A stretch of DNA of 64,000 nucleotides, from the NCBI RefSeq assembly GCF_009914755.1, contig NC_060929.1. The stretch is one strand, 5' to 3'. The notes under the pieces were generated by a model that had not been told where the DNA came from, did not search any database, and was given only the letters and a program-made list of their open reading frames with translations. Below, piece by piece: positions 29,414-43,670 of this stretch. The position numbers were made by a program, and so were the translations under genes. The stretch's first letter is position 1. The number at the start of each line of letters is the position of its first letter. The stretch is from the human T2T-CHM13v2.0 reference genome, Homo sapiens.

Positions 29414-30934
29414 TCATAAACGTTAAATTAAAAATTCAGACAAAACGTGTAAAATGAAAACATTTTATAATATCTTAGAACTTAAGCCCAAACCACTATA
29501 AGATCTGCTTTATAGATTTGGTCTAGAGCTGAACATTTTTTATTCTTAAGTATAATAGAATTAACCACACTTTAAGAAATAGAACTAATGAAAAATAAAA
29601 TATTAATATCAAATCTCAAAGGTAAACTGACAGACTTTTTATCATAAAATAAAATACTTGAAATATTTCCTGCCAAATAAATGACTACGAAACAGTGGAA
29701 GAGACTGAAAGAAGAAAGGTCACGGTCAAACTAAAGAACAGGAAATGAAAAAAATCTGTTATAACTGTATAATGTGCTCCTTCATCATTCTAACACATTA
29801 TAAACTTTAAAATGATGCTCAGACTGGTTTTATAAACATTTCTCTTGATCTTGCCTCATGTTTTGTTGCATTTGATAAAAGGTTTTTCGACTTTAAGCCT
29901 CTAAATATCAGGCTGAGGAAGTCTAACTTAAGAGCACTTAATAGAGCATTTCATGCCTATTTAAACTACCTTGAAATCATTGGAGTGTCTCGGTAAGGTT
30001 TCCCTTGAACTTATCACCTTAGAAAGGCACATATGAGTCTTTCCCAAAGGCAGCATCTTTTTCAAAAGTACCATCTCATATCAGCTTATTAGCTACAATG
30101 ACCACTTCAATCAGATGACAGTGTAAGGGGAATAGAAGTCTCAAGTATACTGGAAAGTTTTTAATGACTTAATCATTCTATGATATGATTTTTGTAGTGT
30201 TTTGTTTTTTTCAACCTTTCTCTTGGTCTTCCATTCTTAGGATCTAAAAAGACTTTAGCCTAATGTCTAGAACTCTCCAGTAGTATTTAGATTTCCTTTT
30301 GTGAAAACTGGTAGAAGGAAAGAGACAGCCTCTCATGGAGTAATAATGGACAACTGCTCATCCACTCCAAGCTCTTGTGTTGTGGGATACTATCGCATTT
30401 AGCATCTTCACTCCAATTTTACTCAAGCCACTCAAAATAATGAGGACATTTGCACTTCTACTACCACTCTCAAAATTTTACAGTCCACATTGCCACCACA
30501 TAGAATTTCTGGTGTAATTGACGGCATGAAGCTTGAAGACTTTTCTCCAAATTTTAATACTTTCCTGATTGTTCTATAACTTGAGATATCCAGAAGTAAG
30601 TCAGCTGTTCAGCTACTTTTATGGTCAAGCACATCTTTATTTAAAACAAAGAACTATACATGTCTATATGCACATTTAAAACAAGGAACATGTCTATATG
30701 TCTCTGTTTAAATATAGAATATTAAAAGCTAAAAGTGATTGTTTCTACCAATCCCAGTTTTATGTAAATGAGGAAACAGATTATTCTGATATTTCTACTT
30801 TTAATGTGTTTTTTGAGCTCCAGTCTGGGATTCCCAACTGCCCGTTGGACTCAAAATCCAGTTGCTCTACAGCCCCTCAGCCTTAACAGGTAAATGCTGA
30901 ACCTCATATTTCTCCACAGAAGTTACTGTGATTC

Positions 30935-31620
30935 TCTAACAGTCAGGATCCCATAGGTAAACCAAATCACACTATATGTTTCAACAGAAAGGATTTAATA
31001 TAAATGGTTACATAGGTGCTGGGGGGTAAAACAAAGATAGTGGCCAAAGTAAGCCGCTTCCTGGGAAGAAGCAAGGGATGGGGCTGAAGTTGAGTTGAGC
31101 TCAGAGAACTCTGCAGTTTGTAGGGGGAATCCCACAGACTCAGATCTACAAGGAGGGGTGCTGGCCTGATATCTGTGGTATATCAGGAGTGGAGGAGTGG
31201 GGGCAAGGGGAAAAGTTGGGACTCAGACCTCTGAAGAAGGGGCATTCTAGGTGGCTGCTGGCATCTCTGAGGGATTATAATGAGGCTAGTTTTTGGAATG
31301 CAAAAACAACAAACAAGAAACAAATCAAAAGAGAAAAATAAATAAATATATAACAGCATGGGCACTGGAACGAACTACTGCTGCCAAGGTGAAGGGATTG
31401 CCGTGGGGAGACACGGAGTAACAGGAAGCACGCAGGAAGACTGAAATCCTATCTCCCCTTCTCCTGCTCTCCAGTTTCCCAACGGCAAAACCTGACAGGG
31501 GGCCAGGTGGCAAGAGAACAAGGTTGTCTTCAGAGTTGCAGTCCCAGCATCACAAAGCTGAGGATAGAAAGGCAAACTTGAAGCTGACAGATAATAGTAT
31601 TCATCATATCTACAAACTGT
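30935..31620. mobile_element. Old ERVL-type LTR (LTR33/LTR78-like, family uncertain)
   Basis: cagtcaggatcc...ggatttaatataaatggttaca motif and a purine-rich body typical of old ERVL LTRs. Confidence 0.4.
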
Positions 31621-32204
31621 CATCTCTTATCCCTCCAGCCTCAGCTAGAAGGCCCTCTCCTGACCCCAGAGATAGGGCTAGGTAAGTACTCCCTTCTCTT
31701 TGTTCTTGTGTGTTCTGATTAGGAGCAAGGGACATAATCACAAGAATCGCACACACAAAGGATCGATGGATCATAAACTTATAAAAAAGATATTCAACTT
31801 CACCATCATTAAACATCAAATAAACATATAATAAAGTAAGAAAATATTTTTCATCTATCAGACAGCAAAAAAAAATAAAGGTATTAGTAACGTCATTTGT
31901 GGTCAAGGATTTAGTAAAAAGTGTTGCTAAAATGTAAACTGTGGTTTATTGCATTGTTGTAATAATCTGTTCTCTGTTATTCCCCATAAGAATATGAACC
32001 TCTAAAGCTTCATCACAGCAGAGGTGCTTAATAAAGATGTTGCTGAGTTAAAGAATAAAGGAAGTTTTGGAATGTTCCTGAGGTGAGAGCATGAATGGAG
32101 AAGACAGAATGAGAATCCTGGATTCTTGGATTTCATTCCAGGAGTCCTGGCACAAAACCACCCCAGTTAATGTCCATACTTTTTACATGCATATAAATAT
32201 CTCA

Positions 32205-32455
32205 GGAACTGAACAATGAGAACACATGGACACAGGAAGGGGAACATCACACACCGGGGACTGTTGTGGGGTGGGGGGAGCGATAGCATTAGGTGATATA
32301 CCTAATGCTAAATGACGAGTTAATGGGTGCAGCACACCAACATGGCACATGTATACATATGTAACAAACCTGTACGTTGTGCACATGTACCCTAAAACTT
32401 AAAGTATAATAATAATTAAAAAAAAACAAGAGGAAACTCAAAAAGAAAAAAAAGA
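32205..32455 (+). mobile_element. 5'-truncated L1PA 3' end
   Basis: gaacaatgagaacacatggacacaggaagggg ... gtaccctaaaacttaaagtataataataa followed by an A tail. Confidence 0.93.
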
Positions 32456-33639
32456 AATTTAGAAGTTTTATTCATTTTTGAATATAGAAATGTATAAAGA
32501 ACACAACAAAAAACCCTATAATTTGACCATCCAGATAATCTCAGTTGCCTTTTTAAAAATAAGTTATAGATATGCATAGTTAGAAAAAAAATAAAGCTCT
32601 TCAGAGAAGCAAAAAAACAAGAATGTGAAAACCTTCTTCTCTCCATTCCTAAAACCTTTAAAGGAAAAATTTTAGATTATAACTTTAAAGATTTCAAAAG
32701 TTAAGAAAAGCTTAACCCCTGTATAAAGCTATAGCTTCTCTGCTTGGTTCAAGAGTTTTATTTTCAGTATAAATTACATGAATTGCACTCCTGGACACTA
32801 TATACACTCCAAAGCCATCATATTATAATGACCCATGATATAGTAACATGGTAAAATGGAATAAGCCTTCAGTAATATATAATTTAATTATTTCATCATG
32901 GAGATGAAAAAACTGAGACACAGAAAGTTTATGTTACTACCCTAAGTAAGGCCAATAGCTAATAGAGCCACTAATACAATTCCAAGCTCCTGTGTTTCCA
33001 TCCATAATGAATAATTTACCCCCAAATTCAAGAAGTAAATATAGAGACATTAATTAGAAACGTGTCTTAAATTTAATAGCAGATAACTTATGATTATTTT
33101 ACATTGATACAGTACGAATTTTTAGACAAAAGATTATACTTCCTAATATTTGTGCAGTACTAATGTTAGAACTATTCAAGCAAAAAAATTCGCATCTCAC
33201 CAGGTGTTTCACATGAGTCTGACACTTGTTTTTAAAACACTGCTAACCCCTTAAGCTTGTATCCCAACATAATTTGTGATTGTGTGACTCATTACAAATA
33301 GAAACAGGAATATTCTCTAAATATTGGAGTCAATGAGAATTTCCTTAGCAATATCCCAGGCTCACATGCTCCAGGCTGTTAATGAAAGAAGAAAATAGTT
33401 CCTTTAAATTAGCAATATTATAACTGAGATGCAAATGCCTTATTCTTTGGCTTTCGTTGCCATCATTGACTATCATTATGTTGACAGATTGAGGGACTTA
33501 AGGGATAGTATTGCAGGATAGAAAAAAGATATAAGAATGCGCTGGTAAATTTTTAAGAATACTAAGTGGCAAATAAATGTAAATATGCACTAAATGCATC
33601 TGTGTTTTTAAGAGGTAGGGCTTAGAAATAATTACCAAA

Positions 33640-34355
33640 TACCTAGAAAAATTAACAAATACAATCTGTGTTCTTTCAGGGTTGATGTCTTAATAAAAAA
33701 ACAGAGGTTTTTATTAGGTATTTTGCCAAAGAAAAAATATAGATGATCCACCTAAATAGAAGATTACCTAATAATCAGATTTGTTAAATGGATAACAGTA
33801 TCCAATGTTATAAAAAATGGGAAAACGGAGACTTCCATACATTGTTGCTATAGATGCAAATTGGTCCAATTTTCTGGAAGGCAATTTAGCTTGTCTATTA
33901 ACATTTTAAATGTGTATGCCCTTTGAGCCACCAGGTCCAATGCTAGAATCTTTCCCAAGGAATTAATTGGAAAGGGTGCCAAAAAAGTCTAAGTGAAAGG
34001 ATGTTTATTGCATTGTTTATAACAGTAAACAGCTGGATAATGTCCTAAATGTCCATCAACACAATATTGGTCATTTATTTAATGAATATACAGTCATTAA
34101 AAATAATGAGATAGAACTATTTGTGTTGACAGAGAAAGATGTTAATGATACATAATTAATTAAAAGGAAAGAAAAATAGGGAATGGCTATGAAAAAATAT
34201 GTTTAGAACTGTTTCAACTTTGTATGTGTGTATATATTAATAGATGTATAGATATACACTTAGCTTGTCATGGGATATTTTTATTACTTCTTTATACATT
34301 TTTGTATTGTTAAATTATTTTTACAATGAGCTTTTATTATATTTATAACCAGCAA
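33640..34355 (+). mobile_element. Old L1ME-like 3' fragment
   Basis: ttttctggaaggcaattt, atgccctttgagcca and cctaaatgtccatcaac motifs. Confidence 0.65.
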
Positions 34356-34831
34356 ATTTTGGAGAAAGAAGAGACTGAGAATGAGTGAAGGCTTCATAAG
34401 GATGGTGATACAGGAGTCAATTCTTGAAAGACTGAGATTACACACTTTATTGTTTTATTCTGAATTTTAAAAAATTTAGTATAGAAAACTTAGAAAGCAC
34501 AGAAAATCAAAAAAATTACAGTAAAAATTACCACACTCAGAAATAACTATATTTCTAGGTATTATCAGCTCGGTAAAATTTCAATCGGCAGGGATGAGAG
34601 TGCAGGCAATTTTGGGAAAACAAAGGCAGAGAATTAAGAAAGCTAGGATTGTATTCATGTAAGCTATTTAAATTAACTGGATCAAAAAGAAGTGGAAAGT
34701 AAATCTGAAAGATTAGATTAGAGGATTATCATCATAAATGGCCTTAAATGTGAGGGTGACTGTAAGTAATGGGGAACCATTGAAGGCCCTAGTGTAAGGA
34801 AAGGAGGTGTTTGAAGATATGCTTAAGATTA

Positions 34832-35116
<285 letters not shown>

Positions 35117-36159
35117 TTAGAAAAATTGGAGAAGAGAATGATGGGAGTTAGAATATTTAATAGTTTATTATAGTAATCTAGGGAGAAAGCTGAACTAAAT
35201 GCTTTTTAAATGCTGAACTAAAGGGAAAATAATACACAGAAAAGGGAAAATATAGGAATATATCTACAAATATATGTATTTGTAGAGATAATAAAGTTTT
35301 ACACATTTTGCCTAAAATAACAGTATCTTTGTGTGTGCAGTTTCTATTATCTTTCATTCTATTTTTTGTTGTTTGGGGAGAGCTGAAATTTTACAAGATT
35401 ATAAAACATCAGCTTTGACAATTGTAAGAGTGATTCGCTTCTTACCTATCAAGTCCATCTATTTTTGGAACAAAATAAGTAAGACAAATAAGAATCAGCT
35501 ACCTTCACAATCTAAGAGTCCATATTACAAACACATGAAATTTTCACAAGGATTTGAACAAAGGCCCTCATAAATTTTTGCCAAAAATAAAATAATAAAG
35601 TGAGTTATAAGAATTTGCCCGATGTAATCTTTTTCTTGACTTTAACATTGAATTAATAATAGTTTATATGATATTGCCTATAAATTATATAACATAAGCA
35701 GTAGATGTTGAGCAAGTCATTTCTATTTAAACCTAATTATGGGGGAAATAATATTATGATGACAACACTTCAATACTGTCTCTACTTACACTTAATAAAT
35801 TGCCTTGTTTTGCTTTGCATTTTTAGGTATCGTCTATGTTATTTATTTTTCTATAACTAGTATTGGATGATATGCCTGTTGAAGGTAAACATTTAAGAGC
35901 AGTTAGAAAGTTATTTGTCTGTTAGGAATTCTTACCCCTTTTCCCAGACCCGACACTAGGAAATATGCTTCACATTTCTAATTTCTGATGTCGAAATAGA
36001 AATTGCAGAAATTGTAGAAGCTGGAGAAGTTGGAGAAATTGAAGAATTGAAGTTCTCATCTGTATGTGTATTTATATATGCACTATTGCCATTCTTTTAA
36101 TGTATGTGCAGTATAAATGTACATAGAACATATTTCTACTAAATTTTGCATGCCATATT

Positions 36160-36505
36160 TGTAGGGGACAGTGTAGGCATGCTTCCAGATGCCCTTGCAT
36201 TCTGTATACTACTGTGTACTGTCACCTTAGCCAGAGATTGATTAGTTAGTGCTGGATTTGGAAAGTCCAGCTCCCTTGCCTTAGGTGGGAACAATTCTGA
36301 GGCACAACTTATAAAGCTCCCCTGTGGGACACATCTTTAATGACCCCACCTGGGACTTCACCAATATGGTACCCTCCTTAGCTTCTTCTCCTTCCTTGCC
36401 CCGTGTCCCACAGTTCCTTGACACTCTTTCCCAGGAGCACTTAATAATCTCTTGTACATGAATCCTCTTCTCAGAACCTAATTTTGGGGAACTCAACCTA
36501 AGGCA
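36160..36505 (+). mobile_element. LTR16-family LTR
   Basis: ccagctcccttgccttaggtgggaacaattctgaggc ... ggagcacttaataatc ... ggggaactcaacctaagg. Confidence 0.75.
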
Positions 36506-36729
36506 CTGCAATCTAAAAAACAAACGGGAACTAGTATAAAGTTTACTGAAAACACTGTCATTTTCTTCCAAGAGACCAAGCCATGGATAAAACAATAGCA
36601 ACTAGACCACTGGAGAAATACATGAATAGCCACAGATTCAATAAACAACTCTTAAATGTACCTTTCCAAAATATTTTTACATCAAACTTAAAATAAGAAG
36701 AAATTTAATATGTTATTTATCCTTTCATA

Positions 36730-36955
36730 ACAGTAATAGCTGCCATTCATTGAATTATTACCTATGATTGTCATTGTTCTTGTGTTTTTGCATCTTATGC
36801 CATTTAGTCTTCACAACAACCCTATGATGGAGGCATTTTCTTTATTTTTCACACAAGTGGAGTGTAGCTCTGAGATCATACAGTTTAGCAAATAGCTGAA
36901 CCAGGATTTAAAACCAGGTATAATCTGGCATTAGAGCTTATAATCTTTCTACTTT
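36730..36955 (-). mobile_element. MIR
   Basis: catttagtcttcacaacaaccctatga ... gctgaaccaggatttaaaaccagg. Confidence 0.7.
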
Positions 36956-37955
36956 ATCTCTGTGTTGTTCTTCTGTAAGAACATCCTGCAATACAGTAGG
37001 TGCCTATGTTCACTGACTTACTGTTGATTTTTCTCTGTCATTGACAGGAAACTATGAGGCAGTATTTATCCGATGACTTTCATCAAAGAACTTACCCTTT
37101 GCAAACACAAACCATATTATTTCAATTACTTCAAAGGGTTAAGATAAGTTTTCTCAAATCTTGTATTTTAAGAACCCCAGATTTGTCTGGTTTTGGTTAT
37201 GTCATGGTGATGCCCATTAAGGAAGTCATCAACAACTTGCTCGACCAGCTAGTGCAAAAAAACCAGGAATAAACCACTGTGCAAGCACGAAGCCTAGAAA
37301 GGGATATTATACTCAATGCCCTACGGTTCACATATAACTACTTAGATTGTTTAGATAATAACCCTGGCCAACTATTTTTCTGTGGTGTTCATTTTTGGCT
37401 TCTGAAGACTGATCAACTTAATTACATTCCTATTATCACATGCTATCAGGAAGCACATTCAGTTGTAATGTATCGTTTATCTGTAACAACTATGAGAAAA
37501 ATCAAGAATGTCCATGCAAGGGTGGCCCACGAAGCTAGAGCCATTTTGCTCTTTGTGGTCAGACACAACATGTAATCCATCTCAATCTTTGATACTGAAA
37601 GCAGTATAACTCAAATGGATGGCATTGTGTGTGGCTGGCCTTACAAAATAAAAATACCAGATACGTTCACATCCTGTAAGCTCTTCCTTTAACCCTATGG
37701 AAGCAAATGCTTTTCATCCATGGAATAGTTCTACGCTTAATGCACTACACTGAATGTTTTCTGTGTGTTTTACCTTAGTAACTATTTGGGTGATAAGACG
37801 CAATTTAAGAATGAATGCTAATGAAGTTGAGTGAAGGAAAGATTTGTTGAAGGCAAGAAAGCTGAATGTTTCATCTGTATCTGTTGATTACTTTGGGAGC
37901 ATCAGAAGTTATTAATTTCCAACTGTTTCTATAAACATGGAAAGTAATTGGATGC

Positions 37956-38413
37956 CATTATGTGTTAAATTCTGTTCCCCAAAAAGATGTTGAGGCCTAA
38001 CCCCAAAAACTACGAATGTGGACTTATTTGGAAATAGGGTCTTTGCAGATGATCAAGGTTAGATAAGATCATTAAAGCAGGCCCTAATCCTGCTTTAATG
38101 ATTATGCCCTTCTAAAGAGGAGAAATTTGCACACAGAGACAGACTGTACATGGTAGAATGCCATGATAGGATGAAAGTAGAGATCAGGGTGATGCATCTC
38201 TAAGCCAAGGAACACCAAATACTGACAGCAAACCCCCAGAAGCTAGGAAAGAGACATTGAACAGATTCTCCCACAAAGATCTCCAAAGGAAACAACCCTG
38301 CTGAAACTTTGATCTCAGACTTGTAGCCTCCAAAACTGTGAAACAATAAATTTCTGTTGCTAAGCCACTCAGATCTTGGTATTTTGTTATGGCTGCCCTG
38401 GGAAACTGATACA
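37956..38413 (+). mobile_element. MLT1C-like MaLR LTR
   Basis: ttatttggaaatagggtctttgcagat ... aataaatttctgttgctaagccac ... ggaaactgataca. Confidence 0.85.
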
Positions 38414-41400
38414 GATGTAAAACATAAAATTTAATTATTCTAATGCCTATGTATTCATTAGGATCATGTCAATTGGAAGTGGCAGAAAACTAAGAAGCTC
38501 GACTTTTCCAGGGTTCCAAGTTAGTATTCTCTCCATTCTTCAGGCTGCTTCCTTCTTTATTGGCTCCATTCTCAGAAAGGTACTTCACTGCACATGGCCA
38601 GATGGCTGCCAGCACTTCCTGCTAGACATTCTGTCTTTTCAGCAATACCAACTTTTCCTCCCTAATTTTAACCAAAGTTCCAAGACTATGTCTCACTGGC
38701 TTGTCTCCATTATTATGTGGTGGAGACGACTAATCCAAGACTCTACATCCAGGGGTAAAATCAACATGGCCTGAACCATATGGACTGAAAGAAGGAAGGA
38801 CATGAATAGTTGCCAGGATAAAAATCAGTGTGTTACTTTCCAGAACCAGAGGGAATTGGGAATGGGTAGGAAAAAAGCAAAATTGAGCAATTGTCCATTA
38901 CCTTATAACTCACCACTCCACTAGTTTAATATGAAACCACAGGAAATTCATCTCTATTAAAAAGATCATGTGTCTGGGTCCAAATTTATTAATTATGTCA
39001 ATTTCCATTTCTTCTATCTCTACTCACATTATTTCACTCCTGGACTCTCTTAATCGGTATTGTAGCTACATTCTTTTCTCCATATTAAGTTGTAGAAGGT
39101 AAATATTGTCAAGCCTGAAAGCCTGGTATTCTCATTAATACTGTTTAGTAGGTCTTCAGCCCAGCATGTAAGGTGTTCTATATTCCTGACCCTACTCATC
39201 ATCTCAACTTCATTTTCTAATAATACCATATGCAAATCATCCATAGTCTGGTCAAGATGTCCTCATAGTTTATGACACACACTGTGCAAATCCCTAACTT
39301 TCTGTGTTCCTACCACTTTGATTGTCAAAACTATCTTTTCCTCTCTTCATTTTTCCAGAATTATTCTCACTTCAAGGCCCAATGTACTTCCCAGCCCTCC
39401 CATAAGACTCCTCCTGAATGCCACTGGAATGGATAATGGTCCTCTTTGAAATTCTAAACTGCTTATTGCCTTTATACTATTTGATCCTCAACCTATCCAA
39501 CTATATATCATTAAGTATGCCTTTATGTGTATATCTTATCTCTTCTAGTTTCAAAATTATCTCTTTGCAGACTTATTATATAAACAATTATTACCCAAAA
39601 AAAAGTTGGCAAAAATGATATCAACAATGGTTATCAATTTTTCAAGATAATTGTCTGAAATTTAAAGATACTTATAAGAAAATGGTAATCTTTTTGTACC
39701 ACGCTTATGAGATATATAAGTCAGCATGATTCTCTCAATGTACTAGAAGAGAATAGATTGAGGTAAATTAAATGGCTTCCATAAAATTACCCCAGTTGTT
39801 CAATGTAAGATGGCCATTCAAGAGATAGCGCCTAAATACAAACCCAGTTTTTCTAACTTCAAGCTCAGTACTTACTCATTCACCATTTACAATACATTAT
39901 TGGGTGTTTAACATGAAGGATACGAGAATGAAAATAAAGTCAATACGCTCAAAAAGCTCAAAATGTTTTGCAAGTCACAAATATATAAGTAAATATCATA
40001 AATATACTTCAGTATACCACTCAATTTCTCTGACATATAAAGAGATTTTATTTATCACAGTATGGATTAAATAATACACAGGGAATTACTATGTATTTTA
40101 TCTTTCTGTATCACATAACCCTGAGTGCATACTCAAATTGAGTGAACATGGAACTACTGGAGAGAACAAAAGGTCCGGGTAATTCCCAGGCCAAGACTTA
40201 AGAGGCCTGCCTAGAATACTGAGATGCAATTCATTTACTCCATACTGTGAGATGCATAGTGCTAGAAAAATGTAAGTTTGAAGAATTAACTTTTAAAACA
40301 TTTAATTCAATACTTCTTAGCACTTACACTAGAGGCCTCAGTATATATACATAGAAAGAGAGAATGCACCTTCTACTTCCAGCCAAAATTTTCTACCCTT
40401 CCAGAGTTTAGGTATAGCTTATCAACCTGAAAGAGCAATTATTTTTCTTGTACAAGTATGGTGAGTTATATAAGCAGGAAGTGCTTAATAGTTGTCATAT
40501 TTTCCTACCTGCTTGCTGTACTCCAAACATACAGCTCAAAAGCAGAAAAAGTGTTCAAAAATAACTTAGGTTTAAAGACTGCTGCCTATAACTAAATTTA
40601 ATTCTTTTCTTGGTCTTAGTGTATTTTTCAGAGTCTACATTGATATAAAGACTTCATCTCCTAGGCACTGAGAAAATCAGTAGATGAATGTTCAAATAGC
40701 AGTTAAAGTACTGCAGTTTTGTTGCTGACAATAGCACCAGTGTATTCCAGTGAACTATGTCTCATTCTCTGCAAATGAATGAACAGTATATAATTTTTTT
40801 TAAATTGCCCATTTATTAACTAGTGGGGGGAAATGCTGTACCACTTCTGCACACACCATCCTCTTCCATTAGTGAAAATTAAATGAAGGTTATATGCAGG
40901 GTTTGTAAGCGAGGATTGACAAAGCAGCCAGGAGAGATGAGGGAGTTTGTGCAATTGAGACTGAGAGAACATTAGCTGATCAAATGCTGGTTTCCTTCCC
41001 TTTGCATCATTCCCACCTTTGTTACTATTCTTTCAAGATCGTAAGTAAATTCTCACCAAACTCACTGAACTCATCTTATGCCTTTTTTTTCACTTTATCT
41101 ACTATATGCTTATGAGAAAATCCACGAATCTAACAAAATATCTTAACATAAATATACACGATTTTACCTGGCCATGTGATGATCAAGATGCTGTTGTGTA
41201 TGTGTCTGGCTTTGTTTCAGGACTCTTTCTTCTCTCTTTTAGCTCATCTTTTGAAAATATTACTTCAGCATTAATTTAAAAAAATATATATTTATTTTAT
41301 ACTTTTATATTGTGCTTTTCACTAGTTTTATGAGAAAGGAATTTAAAAAACAAAAGCTAGCCCCACCAAAAAGGATAAAGATTGAGAAAGTCATAATCCT

Positions 41401-42394
41401 TCTCCTAATGGATATGTTGTAATCAACATAAATGTTATGTGGAGCTAATATTTTTATTTCTTTACATTTAAAGAAAGGTTCAAAACAACTGCTTTTTCAT
41501 TATCAATTTTAAGTCATAAACAAGCAGGTTAGAAACCGTGGTGAGACCATTACTGTCTGGGAGAATTCATGTTTCTCATGTAGGGGTGAAAAAAGAACTA
41601 CATCCTTAGGTTTTTTGGAAAGAAGCCACTTGTCTTTCCCAGGAGTCTGGTGGGGTTTCCTGAGCTTTTTACTGGCAACACTCAAGTGTTGTTTATGCGA
41701 CCATGCCAAGACACCATGGGATTGAGATACTCTCATTTGGCTGGCAGGCCTGTCTGGCTCTCTCCTTGGTGCTGGCTGCTTCCAAGGAGCTTGCTTCTCT
41801 GGGCTTTGTTTTTAGCAAGACACACAGAAAAGGGGTTACCCTGCAAAGTCCTTGATGGATTTACATCCCCAAATGAGCTCTTGGTTTTGTTATCCCAAAT
41901 TGACTCACCTCCCTATGAAGGTTTTCTAAATTGCCACAGCCTTATAACACCTAAATTTTATTTTTTCCTTGGCACTTAGCAGGTTTTGTATGGCTTTGAA
42001 ATTCACATTGTGATTTGGCTTCCACTGAGTTTATAAGACACTTTAGAGCAGGGCCCTGAAAATTCTCTTATCCCTACAGTGCCTAGGTTGTAACAAGTTC
42101 TTGAAAATATTGTTTGATGATAGGAATGTTTTCCTGTCTTCTTCCCTGGAAGAGATGCCTAGAGTTTTTAATTATAAGATCCTGTCATATCTAGACAATG
42201 TTAAAATAATAGATTTGCATATGTAGCCCACAGTTGACAAGTATATTATTTTTTTCTTTCTCTTCCTTGTCCAACAATTACATAAAACACCCTATTGTTC
42301 TCTGCCTCTCTGTCTCCTCTCTCTGTCTCTTTATCTCTCACACACACAAATGGATACAAGATCACAGTTTCACTCCCATCTTTCAATGGGATCC

Positions 42395-42980
<586 letters not shown>

Positions 42981-43127
42981 TACTTTGGGGAATGGTTTAG
43001 TGAAAGCGTTAGTTCTCTCAGCAGTCATCAGTTCAGATTTACAAAACGTGCAATCTCAACCCATTAGGGAAGTGGCAGTGATAGCAGAAGCAAGAATCTG
43101 ACTAGAAAAGCCAGATCCTCTTCTTGA

Positions 43128-43460
<333 letters not shown>

Positions 43461-43670
43461 TTAATGGAAAAGATGTTGGCCAAGAAAGAGCAACTAATTT
43501 AACTAAATAAGTGTATTTGGGCAGTGAAGAGCTTTAAAAATCCTTACATTTTTTATGTATAACTTGTGCAACCTGAATTTTATGTAACTTTGCATAATAA
43601 CTTCTGAAATTTTATGTTTGGAAAATCTAAGGAGAGGATTTAATGTTGGATAAATAAGAATAGAAATGAG

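Noticed and set aside
35259-35290. AT-rich palindrome tatatctacaaata-tatg-tatttgtagagata
   Set aside because: Short and low complexity; such hairpins are common in AT-rich DNA.
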